Origin: Okamejei kenojei
Lineage: Eukaryota
Direction: 5' to 3'
Length of the DNA: 64,000 bases
Assembly: GCA_035221665.1 (NCBI GenBank)
Contig: CM069159.1
Coordinates: 27,838,001-27,902,000, forward strand
Shown here one piece after another: positions 22,849 through 33,512 of this stretch. Position 1 is the first letter of the stretch. The number at the start of each line of letters is the position of its first letter. Under the pieces are notes generated by a model that did no database searches, was not told the origin of the DNA, and worked only from the letters and a program-made list of their open reading frames with translations. Both the position numbers and the translations under genes were made by a program.

Positions 22849-24384
22849 TTCGTCCAGGATTTTGTGTTTTGCTCAAGATCCCAGCATCTACAATTTTTTT
22901 ATGCAATTTATGTCCACAGCAAAGAGAAACTAGGGAAATCAAATTAGAAAAGTCCAAAGAAATTCGCTGCTTGTTGTCCTGGATGTTAGAGGGAGGTGCT
23001 GGAGAGGAGTCCTGTGGAGTTCAAAACCCAGTCAATTGAAAATGAAGATATTATGAAGTCAAAGAGAAACTCAAGTGACAGAGAGAAGAAAGCAGCAAGC
23101 CGACAGGATTGGAATATAGATTATATCTCGCAGAATGTTCAATGAACTAAAACAACTAAATAATTATATAGCATGCATCATTAGCACAAACAACTTACAT
23201 TAACACTACATCTTCAGTGAAGTAAAACATCTCGCTGCGCATGGATATATTAAAACAAGCAGCCAGGACGAAGCAGAGAGGGAAGGGGGGGAGAGGAGAA
23301 GGGGGGAATATTCAGAGCTTCAGGTCTTGGCAGATGAAGGCACTGGTTGTCCATGTGGGAGCGACCCAAATCAGGGATGTTCAAGATCCTGAAATAGACA
23401 AACTCGATGGCCTTGGAGAGTTGGAGTTTTGGAGGGGCTGCAGTGGTGGGGAGAGACAGTAGCATCAAGGCCCTTGAAAGCCAAGACATGAATTTCAAGT
23501 TGTCAGTGTAGACGGGAGTGAGGGAGAGTGGGGAGGAGGCACTGGATTAACTCAAGCTGATGGAACGTGCAAGGGAAGTATTGGAAGGGTAACAAAGTAG
23601 GTTTCAGCAATGGTGGCTTGAGACAGGGACAGAGATGAGCAAAGTGGACCTAGCCACTTTTATATTGTGATTTGGTGGCATGGCAAGTGTCACATGTTTT
23701 TACTCCAAATGATGACGATCCATGAGTAATGAAGAAAACCATTTGCAGACGTGCATAAAGACGAAGGTGGATAATGAATGGTGTGGATGAACAAAGGGAC
23801 CTTCAAGTCGATGTCCACAAGATAGGTCAATGAGATGACAAAGGCACACAGGATGGGGCCTGTTCTTGTGATGTACTGTTCTATGTTCTACGTACTTTGT
23901 TCAACCTGGTCACCATATTACAGGAAGAATGTGATTGCATTGGAGAAGGTGAAGAGGAGGCTTATGAAGACACATTGATTCAATGTATCTTCATAAATCT
24001 CCTCTGCACCCCCTCCATTGAACACATAATATAGAACATAGAACAGTACAGAACAAGAACAGGCCCTTTGGCCCGCAATGTCTCTGCCAAACATGATGCC
24101 AAGATAAACTAATCTCCTCTGCCTGCAAATGATACATATCAGTCTGAAGAAGGGCCTCAAACCAAAAACGTTGCCCATTCCTTCTCTCCAGAGATGCTGC
24201 CTCACCCGCTGAGTTACTCCAGCATTTTGTGTCTACCAACATATCTCTCCATTCCCTGCATATCCATGTACTTATCTAAAAGCCTCTTAAAGGCCTCTAC
24301 AGCATCTGCCTCCAATACCAGCCCTGGCATGCCGTTGCAAGCACCCACCACTCTCTGTGTGATAAACATGCCCCCCACCATGGA

Positions 24385-24700
24385 ATGGTACGGTCATGTA
24401 ATGGTGGATTGTTCCCACACCGTGCCAGAGAGCTGGGTTTGATCCTGTCTATGGGTGCTTGTCTGTACGGAGTTTGTACGTTCTCCCTGTGAGAGCGTGG
24501 GTTTTGTCCGGGTGCTCCGGTTTTCTCCAACACTCCTGCACTTCAAAGACGTACAGGTTTGCAGGTTAATTGGCTTTGGAAAGTTGTAAAAATACTGTCC
24601 CCGTATGTGTAGGTTGGTGTGTGGGATGCTCGCTGGTTGGCACTAACTCTGTGGACTGATGAGCGCACTACATCTCTGAAGACTGGAATTTAAAGTAAAA
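24385..24700 (+). mobile_element. V-SINE copy
   Basis: gggtttgatcctg B box, gtctgtacggagtttgtacgttctccctgtg V-domain. Confidence 0.75.
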
Positions 24701-24879
24701 GTAACATATCTCCTTTATGCTCGGACTGGATGAATTGGAGTAATGGCTTGAAGTTTGAAGAACAAAGGTCGTATTAATTGATGTGTGTAAGATTATAGCT
24801 GACCTTGAAAGAATAAATAGCTGAGGAGTCAGACCACGAAGTGAAAAGATGTGAAATAATTGATTGAAGGATGAGAATC

Positions 24880-25315
24880 ATAGAGTCTTACAGCACGCAA
24901 ATAGGCACAGGGGCCCAATTCGTCCAAGACAAAAAATAGACATATTTGACATTTGGCCCTTATCGCTCTGAATCTTTCCCATCCATGTACCTGTCCAAGT
25001 GTCTTTGAAATCCTGTTATAGCACCTGCCTCAACTACCTCCTCTGGCAGCTCATTTCATATACCTACCACTCTCTGCGTGAAAAGGTTCCTCTCAGATTC
25101 CTCTCACCTTAAACCTATGTCCTTTAGTTTTTCTTTCTTCCACTCTGGTAAAAAGACTCTTGGCATTCACCCTGTCTATTCCCCACATTATTTTATACAA
25201 CTCTATAAGATCCCCCCCCCTCAGCCTCCTGCACTCCATGGCATAAAGTCCTAGCCTCTCCGACCACTCCCTATAGCTCAGGCCCTCAAGTCCTGGCAAC
25301 AACCCCATAAACCTG
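24880..25315 (-). mobile_element. CR1 LINE 3' fragment
   Basis: LLPGLEGLSYREWSERLGLY...KGHRFKVRG on the minus strand. Confidence 0.85.
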
Positions 25316-25317
25316 TA

Positions 25318-25540
25318 CAAACAAAGAACTGCAGATGCTGGTTTATACCAAAGAGAGACACAAAGTGCTGTCTGACTAACTCGGCGGGTCAGACAGCATC
25401 TCTGGAGAAAAAAGTTAGGTGATGTCTTGGGTCAATCCTGAAGATGGGTCCTGATCTGAAACATCACCTCTCCTTTCTCTCCAGAGATGCTGCCTGACCC
25501 CACTGAGTTACTCCAACATTTTGTGTCCATCCTTATAAAC
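25318..25540. mobile_element. Penelope pLTR fold-back unit
   Basis: Inverted arms around a ctgaagatgggtcctgatctgaaacatc core. Confidence 0.7.
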
Positions 25541-26449
25541 CATCTCTGCATCTTTCCGGTTTGATGACACGCTTCCCAAAGCAGGGTGATCAGAGAGAAG
25601 ATGAGGAAAATATTTCTCATCCAGAGAACATTTGGAACTGTCTGCCTGACAGGATGCTGAGCTGGAAACCCTCATTACATTTCAAGTGTACCTGGATATG
25701 CGCAAGAACTGCCAACCTGTGGGAGTATGGAATTTGTTCATTAGCCTCTAAAGATATTTAACTTGCTCCGGCATCACAGATACTCCATGGACGCTTGTTC
25801 TATATATAAAATATATATAAAATTATACCGTGCTACATTATTCATTTCCACCAAATTTAAGGAGTAATTAATATTACAATCCCTTCTGGGATTAAGCTGT
25901 GAAGACCTTGTTTGACTGACATGGACATTATCAGCTAAACAGCCTCCTTTCTTGCCACAGACTCCCCAGTGTCGTGTGAGAAACTTTGAACGACAAAATA
26001 CTGATTGAATTCACCGAAGGCACAGCGAGGTAGAACATGGAACAAAGCAGAGGCCACGGTAAGAATACCGCATCAAAAATAGCTGGAGAAAATTTCATAC
26101 TTAAGACGAGATCATCCATCAGATTATCAGTAGAATGGGCTGTTACACAATAACTCGAATCGGCAGCCCATCTTCCAATACCACTGGGATCACATGTGAA
26201 AGAGCAGAGATATATAAAGCTATGCTTTGGTCACCACAAAAATAAAAACTGCTGAGTCTCAGAAGAGGCTGTGACATTATTTACTCCCTGCTGGAGTATG
26301 AATAATGCAGTGGAGCATAATTATATTTAAATAGATATGGTCCAGGTGTCCCTGGAGTATCTGCTATGTAAGAGTGAGTTAGTTGGCTTTAAAGGCTAAT
26401 GGACCAGGCTTTGAGACAGCGATATATAATCTCATCCAAACCATCGAGA

Positions 26450-27370
26450 CTCTCTTTTCTTTTGGTTCACATTTATTATTGTCACGTGCACCAAAAATAC
26501 TGTGAAAAGCTTTGTTTTGCATGCTATACAATCAAATCAGGTAAAGCTACACATAGATACAATCTAGTTGAGCTCAAGGACATTAGGTAGAGTGAAGGGA
26601 AAGGTTAGGAGTGCAGAATATACTTCTCAGCATTGTAGCGCCTCAGTTCCAGAGACAAAGTCCAATTTCCGCAGTGTGGTAGAGGTGATTCGCACGGTAC
26701 CCCAGCTTATGGAAGAATCGTTCATGTGCCCAATAATCCGAGGGGAATAAGTTGTTCCTGAGTCTGGTGGTGTTTGCTTTCAAGCTTCTGTATCTACTGC
26801 TTGTAGGGAGCAGGGAGAAGAATGAAGGACCAAGGTGGGACAACCCCTTCTTCTCCCCGCTCCCTCCCATGAGACGGTTCAGAAGCTTGAAAGTGCACGC
26901 CACCAGACTCAGGAACAGCATCTTCCCCCCCGTTATCAGCCACCCGAATGGTCCCTCCATAAGCTGGGGTACAGTCAGATCCACCTCTACCCCATTGAGG
27001 ACATTGGGCGTTGTCTATGGAACGGATGTGTTACAATGTGCTACACTGCGAGAGCTTTGTATCTTTCCCTTTGCTCTATCTATTGTACTTGAATTCGACC
27101 TAATTGCATCGATGTATATCTGATCTGATTGGAATAGCATGCAAAACAATTTTTTTTACCGTACCTGAGACAATAATAAACCTAAACCTAAACCGAGGTG
27201 GGAAAGGTCCTTGATTATGTTGGCTGTTTCTGAGGCAATGTGAAGTGTAGATGGAGTCAATGGTGGGGAGTGTAGTCAGTGTGATGAACTGAACTCCATC
27301 CACAACTCTCTGCAATTTCTTGAGGATTTGGGCAGAGCTGTTTCCAAAACCAAGCTGTGACGCAACCCGA
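26450..27370 (-). mobile_element. Rex1/Babar-like 3' fragment with a same-family opposite-strand copy nested at 26844-27191
   Basis: SLLPTSSRYRSLKANTTRLRNNLFP (-) and SPLPPMRRFRSLKVHATRLRNSIFP (+); TSD accaaggtggga/accgaggtggga; (cctaaa)n tail. Confidence 0.75.
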
Positions 27371-27454
27371 TGGCCTATGTTCTTTTCTTCTCTTGTTCAA
27401 TTCAAACAGAGCTCCTGGGGAGCAACAGTGACATTCTTCAGACGTGCAAAATAT

Positions 27455-27602
27455 TCTTCTTCTTCTACTTCTTGCATATGGCGTGCGCAGCCTAAAGTTG
27501 TAGGACAACTTGTTCTATTTGATCTTATTTGATTGTGCACGCCGGGTTGATTGTATTCGTCGAAACAGCGCGGACCACGTGAAGGTTGCAATCTCACACT
27601 CC
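27455..27602 (-). mobile_element. 148-bp non-autonomous retroposon with a 5' HDV-like ribozyme and (AAG)n tail (possibly Vingi/Ingi-related)
   Basis: Exact 10-bp TSD tgcaaaatat (27445-27454, 27603-27612); 3' end ...gccatatgcaagaagtagaagaagaagaa; no pol III A/B boxes seen. Confidence 0.8.
27549..27602 (-). ncRNA. Minimal HDV/CPEB3-like self-cleaving ribozyme fold (this copy carries helix mismatches)
   Basis: GGAGUGU-GA-GAUUGCA-ACC-UUCACGU-GGU-CCGCGCU-GU-UUCGA-CGAA-UACAAUC: P1 5/7 with G1-U wobble, P2 6/7, P3 3/3, L3 UUCACGU, J4/2 CGAA. Confidence 0.75.
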
Positions 27603-27944
27603 TGCAAAATATCGGGCTGCTTCAATGGAGACATTTCTGAACCTAAAATGTTATTCCTTCATCATTGTGCATCCAGCTTCCTTATTCTGAACAAAATACA
27701 AAGTGCTGGGAGAAGTCTGTGGGTTAGGCAGCATCTATGGTGGGAATGGCCAGACAGTGTTTACAAATGTCTCCAATAATACTGTCTGACCACTGAGTTC
27801 CTCCAGCACTTGTTTTGTTTAGCTCAAGAACTGCAATATCACCATTGACAAAGAACATAGAACATTATAGCACAGATATATCCTTCAGCACCTGCTTGCA
27901 CATTACCCACACCCCTCCATTCCTTGCATATCCATGAAAGCCTC

Positions 27945-28372
27945 TTACATAGAAACATAGAAAATAGGTGCAGGAGGAGGCCTTTCGGCCCTTTGAGCCA
28001 GCACCGCCAATCATTGTGATCATGGCTGATCGTCCCCTATCAATAATCCATGCCTGCCTTCTCCCCATATTCCTTGACTCCACTAGCCCCTAGAGCTCTA
28101 TCTAACTCTCTCTTAAATCCATCCAGTGACTTGGCCTCCACTGCCCTCTGTGGCAGGGAATTCTATAAATTCACAACTCTCTGGGTGAAAAAGCTTTTTC
28201 TCACCTCAGTCTTAAATGACATCTCCTTTATTCTAAGACTGTGGCCCCTGGTTCTGGACTCGCCCCACATTTGGAACATTTTTCCTGCATCTAGTTTGTC
28301 CTGTCCTTTTATAATTTTATATGTTTCAATAATATTCCCCCTCATCCTTCTAAACTCCAGTGAATACAAGCC
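27945..28372 (-). mobile_element. CR1 LINE 3' fragment (young family)
   Basis: YSLEFRRMRGNIIETYKIIKG...GESRTRGHSLRIK; catagaaacatagaaa tail. Confidence 0.9.
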
Positions 28373-28865
28373 TGTTAAACACCACTATGGTATCTCTGCC
28401 TCCACCACTGCCACTGGCAACATGTTCTAGGCCCATACCACTGGGCCACACCCGGGAACCCACTCCCTTCCAACTGTGGGGACAACTTCACTACCCAAAC
28501 TACTGCTGTCCAGTTGGGTTGAGCAAAAAGTGCAGACAATGGCAACATCCTTGGGATTAATAATAAAAAGCTAGAAAACATCATAACTATAGCATCATAA
28601 AAAGTTGTGAAGATTTTTTCTTCTCACAGTTCCATTCTTCCCACATTCTAAGTGCAATCTGTTACCTTGAAAATGCTGTTTCCTTTCATTCATTGAACAC
28701 TAACCCGCTTGGTGTGACTATAAAATAACCAGATGTGTTCTGAGCTTCAGAGAGTGGCTTGATTTTTTTCTGAAAAATCCATCTTTTTTTTTATTCTTTT
28801 GTACAACCAGTGAAATATTTTTTGTCCATAGTCGTAAATATAACTCAAGGGCATTTTAATAATCA

Positions 28866-28900
28866 TGTGTGTGTGTGTGTGTGTGTGATTGTGTGTGTGG
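28866..28900. repeat. (TG)n microsatellite
   Basis: tgtgtgtgtgtgtgtgtgtgtgattgtgtgtgtg. Confidence 0.95.
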
Positions 28901-29162
28901 AGTGGGATGTTGGGGGGGGTGAAGGCATGTGAGGCAACAACTCTACCGCTACGCCCCTGTTTGTGTCTCAATTTGGCCTTGAAGTTTGTCAAAAAGATTC
29001 CACAAAATGAAATAAGTTGAAATGTCTTTCTTTATCAAACAAAGAGAAATATTTCAAATATTTTCTGCTTATTCAAGAAAAAATATTTAATTTCAGTTAT
29101 TCCAAGAATTGGATGATAAATCTGCCTCTACAATTAAATGGAACATAGAACAGTACAGTGCA

Positions 29163-29372
29163 AGAGATAGATATTAAATGTTGGAGTAACTCAGCGGGAC
29201 AGGCAGCATCTCTGGAGGGAAGGAATGGGTGACTTTTCGGGTCGAGACCCTTCGTCAGACCTGCCGAAACGCCCCCATTCCTTCTCTCCAGAGATGCTGC
29301 CTGTCCCGTTGAGTTCCTCCAGCGTTTTGTGTCTATCTTCGGTTTAAACCAGCATTTGCAGTTCCTTCCTAC
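29163..29372. mobile_element. Penelope pLTR fold-back unit with 13-bp TSD
   Basis: acagtacagtgca at 29150-29162 and 29373-29385; ~65-bp inverted arms. Confidence 0.85.
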
Positions 29373-30094
29373 ACAGTACAGTGCAGGAACAGGCTCTTCG
29401 GCCCACATTGTGTGTTTAGGATACCAACATCAACTCTTATTAACCTGCACATCATCCTTATCCTTCCATTCCCTGTACATCTATGGCCATTTCCAAAAGT
29501 CACTCAAATGCCACTATCGTATCTGCCTCTACCACTAACCCTGGCAGCTCATTCCAGGCACCCACCACCTGATGTATAACAGATAGGATTGGGGAGAGAG
29601 TACCTGCCAGAGCGTAATTCCATGCATCTGCAATTCCATGCACCTGATGCAGGATCAGCATACCCTGCAATCCGCAAATATTTAGGAAAATAGTATTCAA
29701 CCGTTTTCCTTTCGCACCTCTCTCACTGATAACAATAAGTATATTTTCCGCTGGAGAAGTCAAAGGCTGGAGAAGGCAAGTGATGCATTTTATCACAGAG
29801 AAGATCTTTTAATCTATTGCACATAATTGAAATTATTCTAGATTATTATTTGATAAACATCTGCATGTAATTTTTCACGGTTGTTCAGCGGAACGTCTCC
29901 CGCTGATTTCACTGGAAGTTTAAATAACTCTGCATGAGATTTGTTTAAATCTAACATGGAGAGTGTATGGTTGAGAATGGAATTGAGTTTGGCCTCAACA
30001 GAGTGAGGAGAGTTCAGATTCAGGAAAAAGGTTAGAATTCATGAGTAGAGAATGATATCTGTACAGCACCTGTCATGTGAGAGTATATTAATAG

Positions 30095-30290
30095 CAAGGT
30101 AGTTGGCCTTAATGACTACCGTTCAGTGACTCTGACATCCACTATCATGAAGTGCATCGCTAGACTGGTTATGGCGCACATTAACTCCAGCCTCCCAGCC
30201 AGACGTGACCCACTGCAGTTTGTTTACTGTCACAACAGTTCCACAGAAGACGCTACACTCCTGATCCAACACTCATCTCTGGAACATCTA
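30095..30290 (+). pseudogene. Rex1/Babar-like RT N-terminal fragment
   Basis: LNDYRSVTLTSTIMKCIARLVMAHINSSLPARRDPLQFVYCHNSSTEDA. Confidence 0.75.
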
Positions 30291-30291
30291 G

Positions 30292-30483
30292 ATTGGGGAA
30301 GTCCAGGACAAGGGGTCACAGTCTAAGGATAAGGGGGAAGTATTTTAGGACCGAGATGAGAAAATCATTTTTCACACAGAGAGTGGTGAATCTGTGGAAT
30401 TCTCTGCCACAGAAGGTAGTTGAGGCCAGTTCATTGGCTATATTTAAGAGGGAGTTAGATGTGACCCTTGTGGCTAAAGGGAT
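30292..30483 (+). mobile_element. CR1 fragment (young family)
   Basis: GKSRTRGHSLRIRGKYFRTEMRKSFFTQRVVNLWNSLPQKVVEASSLAIFKRELDV; near-identical to 51008-51199. Confidence 0.9.
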
Positions 30484-32965
30484 CACACCGAACGGTCTGT
30501 CCTCAGCAGAGGTCTTACCTTTGTCCACCTCCGTCCCCACCTCAATGAGTTCCGCGCCCACCACGACTTGGAGCTCTTCTACCGTCGCCTCCGCCTCACA
30601 GCGTTCTTCCACGGGAAGAAGTCCTCGCACCCCACTGATGATCCCTTTTCCCGTCTCCAACCTACCCACTCCACTTGGACCCCCCCCCGTAGCCTTCCGG
30701 CTCTAGAACTATTTATCCAGAACTGCCGTCGGGACATCAACTGCCTCGACTTCTCCACTCCCCTGTCTCACTCCAATCTCTCCACCCCTGAACGTACTGC
30801 CATCGACTCGCTCCGTAACAACCCAGACTGGGTTATCAAACCCGCCGACAAGGGAGGTGCCGTGGTAGTCTGGCGCGCCGATCTCTACGCAGTGGAGGCC
30901 GCGCGCCAACTCTCGGACACCTCCTCCTACTTACCCCTGGACCATGACCCCACTGACGAACACCAGGCTACCATCTCGAGCACAATAACCGACGTCATCA
31001 GCTCCGGCTCCCTACCCCCCGAGCCTCCAACCTCATCATTTCCCAGCCCCGCACGGCCCGATTTTACCTTCTCCCCAAAATCCACAAACCTGACTGCCCT
31101 GGCAGACCCATTGTCTCTGCCTGTTCGCGCCCCACCGAACACATTTCCACATACCTTGACGCCATCCTATCCCCCTTTGTTAAATCCCTCCCCACCTATG
31201 TTCAAGACACCTCATACACTCTCCGTCGGCTCCGTGCATTCCATTCTCCAGGCCCCCATCCTCTCATCTTTACCATGGACGTCCAGTCACTCTACACCTC
31301 CATCCCCCACCAGGACGGTCTCAAAGCCCTCCGGTTCTTCCTCGACCAGAGGAGCAACCCATACCCATCCACTGACACCCTCCTCCGCCTAGCAGAGTTG
31401 GTCCTCACCCTCAATAACTTCTCTTTTGATTCCTCCCATTTCCTCCAAACACAAGGCGTAGCTATGGGAACACGCATGGGCCCCAGCTACGCTTGCCTCT
31501 TTGTTGGGTACATCGAACAATCCTTGTTCTCGGCGTACCAGGGCCCCATCCCCGACCTCTACCTCTGTTACATCGACGACTGCTTTGGTGTCACCTCCTG
31601 CACCCACACACAACTGACTGACTTCATCCATTTCACCACCAACTTCCATCCGGCACTCAAATACACTTGGACCATTTCCGACATTTCCCTACCATTCCTT
31701 GACCTCACCATCTCTATTGCAGGTGATACACTCCTGACCGACATCCACTACAAACCCACTGACTCCCACAGCTACCTGGACTACTCTTCCTCCCACCCTG
31801 CTTCCTGTAAGGACTCCATCCCCTATTCCCAATTCCTCCGTCTACGCCGCATCTGCTCCCAGGATGAGGTGTTCCACACCAGGTCATCTCAAATGTCCTA
31901 ATTCTTCAGAGAACGGGGATTCCCCTCCCCCACTATAGATGAGGCTCGCACCAGGGTCTCCTCCATACCCCGCAACACTGCCCTCTCTCCCCATTCCCCC
32001 ACTCGCAACAAGGGCAGAATCCCCCTGGTCTTCACCTTTCACCTCACCAGCCGGCAAATACAACATATAGTCCTCCGCCAGTTTCGCCACCTCCAACGTG
32101 ACCCCTCCACCCGCCACATCTTCCCATCTCCCCCCCTGTCTGCCTTCCGCAAAGACCGCTCCCTCCGCAACTCCCTTGTCAATTCTTCCCTTCCCTCCCG
32201 CTCTACCCCTTCCCCGGGCACTCTCCCTTGCAACCGCAAGAAATGCTACACTTGTCCCTTCACCTCCCCCCTCCACTCCTTTCAGGGACCCAAGCAGTCC
32301 TTCCAGGTCCGACAGAGGTTCACCTGCACCTCCTCCAACCTCATCTACTGCATCCGCTGCTCCAGATGCCAGATGATCTATATCGGTGAGACCAAGCTGA
32401 GGCTTGGCGATCGTTTCGCCGAACACCTCCGCTCGGTCCGCAATAACCAACCCGTGACCTCCCGGTGGCTCAGTACTTCAACTCCCCCTCCCATTCCGTA
32501 TCCGACCTCTCGGTCCTGGGCCTCCTCCACGGCCAGAGTGAGCAACACCGCAAGTTGGAGGAACAGCACCTCATATTCCGCTTGGGGAGTCTGCATCCTT
32601 TGGGCTTGAACATTGAATTTTCTCAATTCTGTTAACCCTTGCTGTCTCCTCCCCTTCCCACCTCTCCCTCAGCCCTCGTGCCCTGGCATTCCCTCTCTCT
32701 CTATCTCTCTCCCCCACCCTAGTCGCACTAGCTTCTCATTTCCACACTACAAACAGCTTACAATGGCTTGTTCCCTTTATCATCGATACTTTTTTGCATA
32801 TCTTTCATTCATTGGTCTTTATCTCTCCACATCACCGTCTATATCTCTCGTTTCCCTGATCCCTGACCAGTCTGAAGAAGGATCTCAACCCGAAATGTCA
32901 CCTATCCCCTTCGCTCCTTAGATGCTGCTGCACCCGCTGAGTTTCTCCAGCCTTTTGTGTAACCC
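30484..32965 (+). mobile_element. Penelope-like element, Neptune-type, 5'-truncated
   Basis: RT plus GIY-YIG ORF remnants followed by a pLTR with a degenerate hammerhead at 32872-32899; C-rich sense strand. Confidence 0.92.
30486..32635 (+). pseudogene. Penelope RT / GIY-YIG endonuclease ORF (frameshifts near 31020 and 32455, stop near 31900)
   Basis: IKPADKGGAVVV, MDVQSLYTSIPH, QGVAMGTRMGP, YIDD (31569-31580), LPFLD, HYKPTD, CNRKKCYTC linker, LIYCIRC...IYIGET...RFAEH, GLNIEF-stop. Confidence 0.9.
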
Positions 32966-32967
32966 CC

Positions 32968-33512
32968 TGTTGTCATTACATGTAGTTCTGCAGCAGACAA
33001 TCAGAACACAATGGGGTGACACAGCATCACGGAGAAGTGATGGGGGGAAAACCAAGTGGTGAGGAGCCACGTCACATCTCTTGACTGGCACGGATTATAC
33101 CTTTCTTCAGGATAATGGAGACTATGTGATGTGTTATCAGGAAATGAGGAGAAAAGAATAACCAAAGTAGCGGGCAGCTGAATCTCTGTGGGCTTGGGAA
33201 GGGGTTTGATTACGTTTGTCTCGGGGATTGTTACCGAGAGATGACACGCAATGACACGGAATCGAAGGGATGATGTGACCTGATTCTGAAGCTGGTGTGA
33301 GTGCCGGAGGACGGAACACAGGGTCGGCCGTTGTGTGCTAGCCATTCACATTTCCACCATCCTCCTACTCCTGTTCAGGGGTGCCTTGGTGCCAAGCAAC
33401 TGGTCAAGAGCCAAGTCAAAAGAGTTTAATTGGCATATAGTACTGGCAAAAGAACAAGGACATTCTTATTTGCTACAACTTAACAGGCCTGTTAATGCAA
33501 CAACACACCAAT
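32968..33512 (+). repeat. ~545-bp local duplication, copy 1
   Basis: Aligns end to end with 34389-34937 (tgtcattac...caacacaccaata), roughly 90% identical by eye. Confidence 0.9.

Noticed and set aside
31884-32450. 188-aa minus-strand ORF and other antisense ORFs over Penelope and CR1
   Set aside because: Antisense shadows of transposon coding sequence with skewed composition
33001-33345. 114-aa minus-strand ORF in the duplicated block
   Set aside because: No recognisable motif, and no equivalent ORF is reported for the second copy
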